From assembly GCA_963719425.1 (NCBI GenBank), contig OY970382.1, positions 650,880 to 714,879 on the forward strand: a stretch of DNA of 64,000 nt, in the 5' to 3' direction. The translations under genes were made by a program, and so were the position numbers. Each line of letters starts with the position of its first letter. Position 1 is the stretch's first letter. Below are positions 37,930 to 45,878 of this stretch, piece after piece. The notes beneath the pieces are model-generated. The model saw nothing but the letters and a program-made list of their open reading frames with translations. It made no database searches and had not been told where the DNA came from. Origin of the DNA: an uncultured bacterium (GTDB taxonomy: Bacteria; Patescibacteriota; Minisyncoccia; UBA6257; 2-01-FULL-56-20).

Positions 37930-39442
37930 CTTCCTCAACCGGATCACGATGTACTGGCTCCTGCTCTATGTGCTCGCCGCGTCCCTTGTGATCGCCGCCG
38001 CGTTCGGCGCCCTGGGCATCCTTCCCTATTCGCCGGTCGCAATCGCGTTTTCAACCGCAGTGCTCCTCGCCGTCGCATGGATCACAAACCAGCTCTTCGC
38101 AAAAACCTTCGGCGCGCAACCGAACGTGGAATCCGTCTACATCACGGCGCTCATTTTGGCGCTCATCATCGCGCCCGTCATGCCTTCCGGCATCCCTGCC
38201 AATATGACAGGCATCTCGTTCCTTATTTGGGCGGCGGTGTGGGCAATGGCGTGCAAATACATGCTCGCAACCAGGAAAAAACATTTCTTTAACCCGGCGG
38301 CCTTCGCGGTCGCGCTCACCGCCCTCACCATCAATCAATCCGCGAATTGGTGGATTGGCGGAAATCTGCCCATGCTCGCCTTTGTTTTGATCGGCGGGTT
38401 TCTCATCGTGCGGAAGATACGACGCTTTGATCTCGTCCTTAGCTTTCTTACCGTTGGTCTTGCGACGGTCTTGCTCACAAACAGCGGCGAGAATCCGCTG
38501 ACCGCACTCCAACAGGTGTTCCTCCATACGCCGATCTTTTTCCTCGCAGCAGTGATGCTCACGGAACCATTGACAACACCTCCCACGCGCACGGGAAGAA
38601 TCGCCTACGGCGCGCTCGTCGGATTTCTCTTTGCGCCCGCAATCCATCTCGGCTCCATCTATTCCACGCCGGAGCTCGCGCTTCTTGTCGGCAACGTTTT
38701 TTCATATTTCATAAGCCCGAAAGGAAAATATATGTTCTCTCTCAAAAAGAAAGCCCAGACCGGTACCGACACGTACGACTTCGCGTTTGGAACGAAGGAG
38801 CCAATCTCTTTCCGCCCTGGCCAATATATGGAGTGGACTTTGGGGCATAAAAAAAGCGACAGCCGCGGCAACCGGCGCTACTTTACCATCGCCTCGTCGC
38901 CCACCGAGCCCGCACTGCACCTCGGCGTGAAATTTTACGAGCCCGCAAGCAGTTTCAAAAAGCGCATGCGTGCCCTGCAGCCGGGCGATGAAATCGTTGG
39001 CGGACAGCTTGCGGGAGATTTTGTGCTGCCGAAGGACGAACGCAAAAAACTTGTCTTCCTCGCCGGCGGCATTGGTATCACGCCCTTCCGCAGCATGGTC
39101 AAATATCTCGCGGATTGCGAAGAAAAACGGGACATTGTGCTCCTCTATTCAAACCGCACCGCGGACGAGATCGCCTACCGCGAAATTTTCGACGAGGCGG
39201 CGCACACGATCGGGCTCAAGACGATCTATGCCGTAACGAGTACGGAAGGGACGCTCCCGCCGAACGGGTACCGCGGACGCATTGATGCCGGCCTTATCGT
39301 GAAAACCATTCCCGATTATCGTGAGCGGACTTTTTACATTTCCGGAACGCGTGCGATGGTGACTTCGCTCCGCGAAACGCTCCGCGCGATGCATATTCCC
39401 GGCCGCCACATCAAAACCGACTTCTTCCCGGGGTTCGTATAG
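37901..39442 (+). CDS. Membrane oxidoreductase: polytopic N-terminal domain fused to ferredoxin-NADP reductase-like FAD/NAD(P)-binding domain
   Basis: About 290-aa multi-TM N-terminus, then RRYFTIASSP (RxYS FAD motif), GGQLAGDF, LAGGIGITPF (NAD(P) motif) and a C-terminal YISGTRAM region. Confidence 0.75.
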   Translation: MKNMLNAIDSFLNRITMYWLLLYVLAASLVIAAAFGALGILPYSPVAIAFSTAVLLAVAWITNQLFAKTFGAQPNVESVYITALILALIIAPVMPSGIPANMTGISFLIWAAVWAMACKYMLATRKKHFFNPAAFAVALTALTINQSANWWIGGNLPMLAFVLIGGFLIVRKIRRFDLVLSFLTVGLATVLLTNSGENPLTALQQVFLHTPIFFLAAVMLTEPLTTPPTRTGRIAYGALVGFLFAPAIHLGSIYSTPELALLVGNVFSYFISPKGKYMFSLKKKAQTGTDTYDFAFGTKEPISFRPGQYMEWTLGHKKSDSRGNRRYFTIASSPTEPALHLGVKFYEPASSFKKRMRALQPGDEIVGGQLAGDFVLPKDERKKLVFLAGGIGITPFRSMVKYLADCEEKRDIVLLYSNRTADEIAYREIFDEAAHTIGLKTIYAVTSTEGTLPPNGYRGRIDAGLIVKTIPDYRERTFYISGTRAMVTSLRETLRAMHIPGRHIKTDFFPGFV

Positions 39443-39500
39443 ACACGCAAAGAACAGATTTACAGCCGCCGCGGAAACTGCCAGAATACCATCATAGCGC

Positions 39501-40652
39501 ATGCCCTACTGTGAACATTGTTTTCCGTTCCCGCCACGGCACCTGGAGAATTGGTTCAACGACCTTCTGGAACTCTTGTTCTATCCTCCTTTTGAACGCA
39601 TAACACCGTCTCTTTTCAATTCGCAGTTTTTTGAAAAGGCGATCACAGACTGCTTTGTTTTTGCCGGCATCGTGCGGAAGGAAAAAGAATTCCCGCTTAA
39701 AGAAATAAATCCTATCGCGGCGCTTTTCATACAACACGGCAGGGCAAGAGGAATAGAATTTGAAGCCCTGCGGGGACCCTTCGGCTACCTCACGTTTTTC
39801 CGGATGCGCATCGGAGGGCAGTCGTACGAATTTGACCGCCTCCCCGGCGCCTCGGCGAACTCCCTTGCCGCGGACGATAAATGGCACACGAAAAAAGCGC
39901 TCCGCAAGCTGGGCTATCCGGTCGCAGAAGGAATGCCGTTCTGGTGGTTCCAAAAGCGCAGGGCGGCACGCTACGCGGAAACACTGGGATACCCCGTCGT
40001 CGTAAAACCGCGCAAGGGATCATTGAGCCAGCACCTCTTCGTCGTAAAATGCGCTTCCGAGCTCCTGCCGGCGCTCCAGAGCGTCGCGCAATACTCGCCG
40101 GTATTCATAGTGGAAAAATTTGTTCCCAATGCCACGCTCTACCGCATCACAATCGTGGACGGCAAGAAAATGTTCGTCGTGAAGCGCTTCCCCGCGGAGG
40201 TCGAGGGCGACGGGAAAAGCACGCTCCGAGCGCTCGTCCGCAAAATAGAATTCAATCCCAAAAACCTTGACAAGGTCATTCTCAAGGAACAAAGAGTCAG
40301 TATTAGCTCGGTTATCGCAAAAGGAAAAAGGATATTCCTCCAGCGCAAAGCCATCCTCGCGCTCGGATCAAAGATAGAGAAGGTTCCTATCGCCGAAGTG
40401 CATCGCGACATTGTCGCCATGGGCCGCGCCGTTGCAAAACACTTCCGCTTGCCGCTCGTCGGCATTGACATCCTCCTTCGCAACCACACGCGGCCACTCA
40501 AGGATCAAACCGCCGCGATCCTGGAACTCAACACCCTCCCCAACATCCTCATGCACACGTTCAAGAAAAAGGGTAAAACGGAGAACGAAGTCGCCGACGC
40601 GCTCGTGGATCTCGCATTTGCACACTTCGACGAACAGACAAATCAGCGTTAG
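39501..40652 (+). CDS. ATP-grasp domain protein
   Basis: YPVVVKPRKGSLSQHLFVV…, VFIVEKFVPNATLYRITIV and an LNTLPN C-terminal loop, consistent with the ATP-grasp fold (RimK / cyanophycin-synthetase-like). Confidence 0.6.
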   Translation: MPYCEHCFPFPPRHLENWFNDLLELLFYPPFERITPSLFNSQFFEKAITDCFVFAGIVRKEKEFPLKEINPIAALFIQHGRARGIEFEALRGPFGYLTFFRMRIGGQSYEFDRLPGASANSLAADDKWHTKKALRKLGYPVAEGMPFWWFQKRRAARYAETLGYPVVVKPRKGSLSQHLFVVKCASELLPALQSVAQYSPVFIVEKFVPNATLYRITIVDGKKMFVVKRFPAEVEGDGKSTLRALVRKIEFNPKNLDKVILKEQRVSISSVIAKGKRIFLQRKAILALGSKIEKVPIAEVHRDIVAMGRAVAKHFRLPLVGIDILLRNHTRPLKDQTAAILELNTLPNILMHTFKKKGKTENEVADALVDLAFAHFDEQTNQR

Positions 40653-41203
40653 CGCTCGTCCGGAAATTCAAACATCGGCGCGTCAGAATCCATAATGATG
40701 CGACCGCCATCAAGCTCTTCGGAATCCCACTGAATTATCCAACGATGCCGTGGGTTCCGATTGCATTGGCATTTGGTCATCAAGTTTTCTGTAGACCCCC
40801 CGATGGGCTGCTTCCCTCCGCAGCCGGGATAGGGACAAAGGAAAGGCCTCTCAAGTGCTCTTTGCCTTTTAAGCTCTCCCTCTTTCCTGTCTGGTATTCT
40901 AAATTTCTCTCCAAATGAAAGTGGTTTTGGCTGCGGTGGGAACTCCCCCTCTTTCGCCAGATAATCCAAATACCCAGGAATTTCCGGCGGCCCTTCTTCG
41001 GGTTTCTCCACATGCGAACGCCTCGGCATACCCGCATTATAGTAAACATGGAATGTCCCGGCAACATCTTTGCAGATACGACCGCGCACGATCTTAGTTC
41101 TCAAAAGGAATCCTTTTGATTTTACCTTTATTTTCTTGCAAATATCTTCTGATTCTATCGTCTGCCTCTTCTCTAAACTCATCAATGATTTTCCTCCAAT
41201 CAC
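40649..41203 (-). CDS. Hypothetical protein (start uncertain)
   Basis: 184-aa ORF overlapping 41094..41642 by 110 nt; an internal Met at about 41029 is a more likely start. Confidence 0.4.
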   Translation of the reverse strand: MIGGKSLMSLEKRQTIESEDICKKIKVKSKGFLLRTKIVRGRICKDVAGTFHVYYNAGMPRRSHVEKPEEGPPEIPGYLDYLAKEGEFPPQPKPLSFGEKFRIPDRKEGELKRQRALERPFLCPYPGCGGKQPIGGSTENLMTKCQCNRNPRHRWIIQWDSEELDGGRIIMDSDAPMFEFPDER

Positions 41204-41642
41204 GAGAGAACCTATCCCGAACCGTGGGAACGTACCTCATAACAAAGTCTTGCAGGTCAGTACCTTCAATGGGATAGGTATCTACGAAATATAACCTATT
41301 CCCCTGATTATTCTTTTTATCTTGGCCGAAAATAAAATTTTCCCCTTTTAGATCGGGAGTTAAGAAGTGTGGTATCGGATCGCTGCCGTAGTAAAAAAGA
41401 TTGTTTATATAAGTATCAATGGCTCGCCTCAAGAATAACCTAAGCTGCTCGGCTACTTTTTCATCATATTTCAAATGATCTAAATTCTGCCCCTCGATCC
41501 TGTCCTGGATTATATACACGGTTTTTTTACCGCGCTCGTTTTTACCGACAACGAGTTGACTGTTCGGGATAAATTCCCCGAAGTTTTCTTTCAAAAAATC
41601 TAGGTTGGATTTGATATGGTCGGGGTCTGCCAACGGGTGCAC
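41094..41642 (-). CDS. Hypothetical protein
   Basis: 182-aa ORF, no recognisable motifs. Confidence 0.45.
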   Translation of the reverse strand: MHPLADPDHIKSNLDFLKENFGEFIPNSQLVVGKNERGKKTVYIIQDRIEGQNLDHLKYDEKVAEQLRLFLRRAIDTYINNLFYYGSDPIPHFLTPDLKGENFIFGQDKKNNQGNRLYFVDTYPIEGTDLQDFVMRYVPTVRDRFSRDWRKIIDEFREEADDRIRRYLQENKGKIKRIPFEN

Positions 41643-41804
41643 GCCTTCTTCATCGCCCTTTTTCCACTCCGTCCTCGCAACTTTTGCGATAAGATCGGGA
41701 TCGTCAACTGGTACTTTTACTTCAAAGTATTTTCCTCCGCCGACGTCCTCTAGTTCACGAAGGGGGGTTTCGTCGGGAATGGAAGCTTGCGGAACTCGGA
41801 CTCG

Positions 41805-42035
41805 AAAAAGTTCGAATCCTTGCCCCCTGCGACTTTTCGTCGCCTAATCTGACCTTCTGCAAGTATTGGGAAGCCGAGGGGGGACTGTCCCTCGAACGGG
41901 CGCACAACCCTGCGGGAGCGAACCGACACCAACTAAACTCGAAATAAGTATTGAAAAATCTGCATTTTTATTTCCCGCTTTGCCCCGAATTGGTTCGAAT
42001 CTCATCCGGGTCGTTAAAATTATTCCGGTTTCTTT
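41805..42035. repeat. Intergenic repeat family, copy 1 (~230 nt)
   Basis: About 75% identical to 43880..44105. Starts AAAAGTTCGAATCC, ends GGTTCGAATCTCATCC. Internal GAGGGGGGACTGTCCCTCGAACGGGCGCACAACCCTGCGGGAGCGAACCGAC block. Confidence 0.75.
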
Positions 42036-42054
42036 CCATAACCTGGTCCGAGGG

Positions 42055-43794
42055 TTACGCTACTTCTGTCTGGTAACACCGTTCGCAATATACCATCTCG
42101 GGTTGGTCTGGAGCGTATGGGGTTTCAAACTCAACTGGACATCTGGCGGTATGCTCGTGCTTCTCTTTCGCACACATGCATTGCCGATGCCACAATTCCA
42201 AAGGATTGCGCATAGCGAACCGTTCGTAATGCCGGCAATTTGGACAAAGATGGGGTAGCGGTATTCCACGCGCACGATAGAACGCAAGTTCATTTGGTAT
42301 TATTTTGAATGCCGCGGTGCACTGATGCAAACACTTTTCTTTATGCTCACACTCAATGATGTCCTCAAGGATTTTGTCGCTCGCTTCGCCAATCAAATCG
42401 GGGATATCGATGTTTTTCCGCGTCACCGCGTAATCTCTGGCATCCGTGTCTCTCCACCGAAATCCTTTGGCTACGGCTTCATTTTTTGTCAGTGGGAAAT
42501 ATTGCTGCGTGAGCGATTCATTGTATGCATACGGGCAAAAATCAAGCGGGAAAAATTCTCCGTATTTCCACGCCCGACCCCGCCGGTCAACATACGGCAT
42601 CTCGTTCATGTGCGCGATAATCTTAGGAAGAAGTGCTTCATATTCTTCTTTTGAGTATTGTTTGTTGAGAATGCAATACTGTTTATTCCTTATCCCGATG
42701 CAGCCGAACAAGTTACTGCCGGAAGTTTGATTTTCGCAGTAAGCAATATTGTTGCCCTGAGGATTCGTGTTCATGATAAATTTTGCGTTCTGGCTAGGAG
42801 AACCGACGTTAATACCCTCGTAGATCAGCTCGCCCCCCGCAAATCCGAACGCGTCGTAGGTGTCTTTGGAGCGGAAAACTCGACAGGTATATTTCACATC
42901 TTCCAGATCAAATCCCTCAAATACCATTTTGCTGTTCTTCGCGTTCTCAATATCGTCTCCGGTGGCATTAGTAGTTTTCTCAAGATAGGCATATTTATGG
43001 ATCGCCCCTCGCTTCATTTTTTGGAATTCCGCTTTCAATGATTCACTTGCTGCGTGGCTTGCAAGATTAACTTCCTTTATTTTCTGTTCATATTCTCCTT
43101 TCGCGAGCTGTTGATTACGAAATACGTATTGCTTGTTGCGGAGATTACTACTCATAAAACAGCGTTGGCAATTTCTACAATCGAAAAGAAATGAGCATTG
43201 GATACAATCCGAGCAATCCAGAAGGTATTCTGATTGAAACACGCGAGAGCAACCTACATTTTCGTACACGAGCTCTCCTTTGTTTACGCTGTAAGAATCG
43301 TACACCTGGCGACTGCCAGATACGGTGCGCGAATAGTAGATCTCTTCGCTTTCAACAATAGAAAAAGAAAGGTATGTATTGTGGGCGTCTTTGAGATAGC
43401 TGGAATACGCTGCATTTAGGTTATTTCCATACTCCTGAAGCGGCAAAATGGGGACGGTCTTTTTGAGTTCCGCATATTGTTCAAAAAACGGTTTTTTGAA
43501 ATCATAATCCCTGCCGTACAACATGGGATCCCATTTGTCGCTCCACCAACAATCCCGGCAGTACACAACAAAATCTGACTCTGGAGCGTAGTGCGCAATG
43601 GTGCGCTTATGACAAAGATCGCAGTTTCTTGGGTAGAGAGTTCTCTCATTCCTAAAATAGAGTCGTCGTACGAGGCGACACTGAGGGCACCAGGTCGGCG
43701 GCGGCACTTTAATTTTCTCATAGAACGTGAAATCTTCCGGTTCTATTGTAAACTGGGTTTTGCAGTTCTGACACACCCTTATTTCCTGCTCCAT
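42055..43794 (-). CDS. Hypothetical Cys-rich protein with multiple CxxC pairs (zinc-ribbon-like)
   Basis: Start set at MEQEIRVCQNCKTQF (ATG 43794, preceded by GAGGT) because the 5' part of ORF 42055..44028 overlaps repeat copy 2. Repeated CxxC…CxxC modules throughout. Confidence 0.6.
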   Translation of the reverse strand: MEQEIRVCQNCKTQFTIEPEDFTFYEKIKVPPPTWCPQCRLVRRLYFRNERTLYPRNCDLCHKRTIAHYAPESDFVVYCRDCWWSDKWDPMLYGRDYDFKKPFFEQYAELKKTVPILPLQEYGNNLNAAYSSYLKDAHNTYLSFSIVESEEIYYSRTVSGSRQVYDSYSVNKGELVYENVGCSRVFQSEYLLDCSDCIQCSFLFDCRNCQRCFMSSNLRNKQYVFRNQQLAKGEYEQKIKEVNLASHAASESLKAEFQKMKRGAIHKYAYLEKTTNATGDDIENAKNSKMVFEGFDLEDVKYTCRVFRSKDTYDAFGFAGGELIYEGINVGSPSQNAKFIMNTNPQGNNIAYCENQTSGSNLFGCIGIRNKQYCILNKQYSKEEYEALLPKIIAHMNEMPYVDRRGRAWKYGEFFPLDFCPYAYNESLTQQYFPLTKNEAVAKGFRWRDTDARDYAVTRKNIDIPDLIGEASDKILEDIIECEHKEKCLHQCTAAFKIIPNELAFYRARGIPLPHLCPNCRHYERFAMRNPLELWHRQCMCAKEKHEHTARCPVEFETPYAPDQPEMVYCERCYQTEVA

Positions 43795-43879
43795 TACCTC
43801 AATTCTATCAGAACGAGAAATTGTAGGCCTTTTGGTCTGTCCGATACTCAAACTGGTCGCTCTGGCAGTGAGCCCATTA

Positions 43880-44105
43880 GCATAATTAACGAAAAGTTCG
43901 AATCCTGGCGCCCTGCTCGGATTCGTGACATAAACTGAGCTCCCGGAAGCATTGAAAAACCGAGGGGGAGCCGTCCCTCGAACGAGCGCACAATCCTGCG
44001 GAGGCGAACCGACTATCACTAGTCTCAAAAAAGTATTGAAAAAACCTACATTTTATTTTTCTGCTCTGCACTAATTCGGTTCGAATCTCGTCCAGGTCGT
44101 TCAAC
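43880..44105. repeat. Intergenic repeat family, copy 2 (~225 nt)
   Basis: Aligns with copies at 41805 and 48345. Causes the shared KFESWRPARIRD(I/V)N peptide in spurious ORFs 43591..43938 and 48171..48398. Confidence 0.75.
43951..43980 (-). terminator. Rho-independent-terminator-like hairpin within repeat copy 2
   Basis: Minus strand forms CGAGGG-ACGGCTCC-CCCTCG then GTTTTTC. Lies 125 nt downstream of the 44105 stop. Equivalent hairpins occur in the other two copies. Confidence 0.45.
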
Positions 44106-45877
44106 TACAACCCCGTAATCACCCCCTTCTGAATATCCCCTTGAAGCTGGGAGCCGCTTCTCTCGGAAAGATTATATAGCCATTCTATGGCTTGCGCAGT
44201 GGGCATAATGTTTGGCTGACTTCTTGCGCTCCGTACTGGAATGAGCTGGCAGGTAACTCCCGAATCACTGAATTGCAGCTCTACCATCAACTCATTTTGA
44301 GTATCATCGGAAAAATATTGATCGAAAATGAAATTGCCGAGTGAATAGAAAATCAACTTACCCTTATATTTTTCTATACCCTCGACAACGTGCGGATGTG
44401 CACCGATGATCATGTTGGCTCCTGCATCTATGAGATCGTGGGCAAGTGACTGTTGCTGTTGATTCTCCGTCAGGCTGTATTCGTCTCCCCAGTGCGCAAG
44501 GACGATAAGAAAAGCATCCGGCTGTTCTTGCTTAATGTTGGTTATTAGGCTGACAGCGTCTTGTTCCGGGAAATACGGATCGGTGCCATTGATGGCAATG
44601 AAGGCAAATTTCTTTCCGTTGATGAATTTGATGGATGTGTACTTTTTATCAACGCTGTACGGGTTGCCGACGGAGTCTATCGAATAATCTCCAAGATATT
44701 TTTGTGTGCTCAGATAGCCGCTTTCTCCAAGGTCATAAGAATGGTTGTTTGCAAGCGAGAGGACTTTGAAATTATTTTGCGCGAGAAGCTGGGCGACCTT
44801 CGGCGCGAAGGAAAATTGTATTGAAGTGCTCGAGTTTTGCGGTTGATTCGAAGTAATCGGACCTTCCAAATTGCCAATTACCGCATCAAACGCATTGAGC
44901 GATCCTGCAATCTTTTTAAATGGATAACTCTCGCCGTATCGGTTCATGAGCGTAGCAACATATCTTCCGAGCATAATATCTCCCACTGCGGCTACGGTAG
45001 CGGTGGAAGAAGTTGGCACATAAAATTGAGTTATATAACTCGTCGCGCTGGTCAATTTTTCCTTGGTGTAATCTTGAGAATTCTTATCGGCGATGATATT
45101 AGGCGCTGCCCCGAAAATATCTTTCTGCACCCGCATTTGGACGTATTGAGAAGCTATAGAATCGAGGTTGTCCGACTGGTTGAGAGAGAAAAGTTTTTCT
45201 GGGTCGTCGCTTTTAAGAACCGCAAGCGTCTGACGGTCTTTAGTATTGGCAACGGCCTTGGGAAGGTAGTGAGAAAAATCGGTGCTCTGTACGATAAGCG
45301 TGCGTTTATCAATATTTTGTTCTAAGAGATCCACAAATGCGCTGAGTTCGCTCTGCGTCGTACTCTCCTTGAGGGCGATTGCTACCACTGGCACGCCGGG
45401 GAAATAATGCGCCACGAACGGTAGCTCCGCCTCAATGCCATGTTCTCTGTAAAAAAAGTCTGCTGTGGAAACGAACGGCAATTGTGTCAGCTGATCGACA
45501 AAATGGGTGTCTGTTTCAAGTTCGCCCAAAACGGTGCTCAAGTTGCGCCGTGAAATCGAGATGTCGGTACTGCCAAGGTTGTAGTGATCCGGACTCAAAA
45601 TAATAATCCGATCATATGAGCCGCGGGAGGCTAGAAGGAATGCCTGGGCGATGAGGTCCGAGGCGAGAAGGTGATGCGGCACCGTGATGCCGGAAACTTT
45701 TTCATCAAGCGGAGTCCCTGTAGCATTTAAAATCGGCGTTAGGAAAATGGAGGTGTCCGTGAACTCTGGCGGTATCGGCCTTTCCGTATCGGCGTGTGAC
45801 GGGACGACAGACAGGACAAGTCCGACAAAAAACACCGAATAGAGAACAACTCTATATCGTCGAAGCACCTTCGTCAT
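44105..45877 (-). CDS. Secreted fusion protein: Memo-like domain + CapA/PGA_cap metallophosphoesterase-like domain
   Basis: Signal peptide MTKVLRRYRVVLYSVFFVGLVLSVVPSHA (start moved to ATG 45877). N-terminal region with GITVPHH…ILSPDHY (Memo-like). C-terminal VAAVGDIMLGRYV…HWG…GAHPHV (CapA-like). Confidence 0.65.
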   Translation of the reverse strand: MTKVLRRYRVVLYSVFFVGLVLSVVPSHADTERPIPPEFTDTSIFLTPILNATGTPLDEKVSGITVPHHLLASDLIAQAFLLASRGSYDRIIILSPDHYNLGSTDISISRRNLSTVLGELETDTHFVDQLTQLPFVSTADFFYREHGIEAELPFVAHYFPGVPVVAIALKESTTQSELSAFVDLLEQNIDKRTLIVQSTDFSHYLPKAVANTKDRQTLAVLKSDDPEKLFSLNQSDNLDSIASQYVQMRVQKDIFGAAPNIIADKNSQDYTKEKLTSATSYITQFYVPTSSTATVAAVGDIMLGRYVATLMNRYGESYPFKKIAGSLNAFDAVIGNLEGPITSNQPQNSSTSIQFSFAPKVAQLLAQNNFKVLSLANNHSYDLGESGYLSTQKYLGDYSIDSVGNPYSVDKKYTSIKFINGKKFAFIAINGTDPYFPEQDAVSLITNIKQEQPDAFLIVLAHWGDEYSLTENQQQQSLAHDLIDAGANMIIGAHPHVVEGIEKYKGKLIFYSLGNFIFDQYFSDDTQNELMVELQFSDSGVTCQLIPVRSARSQPNIMPTAQAIEWLYNLSERSGSQLQGDIQKGVITGL

Positions 45878-45878
45878 C

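Noticed and set aside
43591-43938. ORFs 43591..43938(+) and 48171..48398(+) sharing the peptide KFESWRPARIRD(I/V)N
   Set aside because: The shared peptide is a by-product of the ~230-nt DNA repeat. Both ORFs lie antisense or intergenic to the real minus-strand genes.
41990-44100. GGTTCGAATCTC(A/G)TCC words at the ends of repeat copies 1 and 2 as 3' ends of plus-strand tRNAs
   Set aside because: Upstream sequence does not form a T-stem, acceptor, anticodon or D arm. They may be tRNA-derived, but they are not intact tRNA genes.
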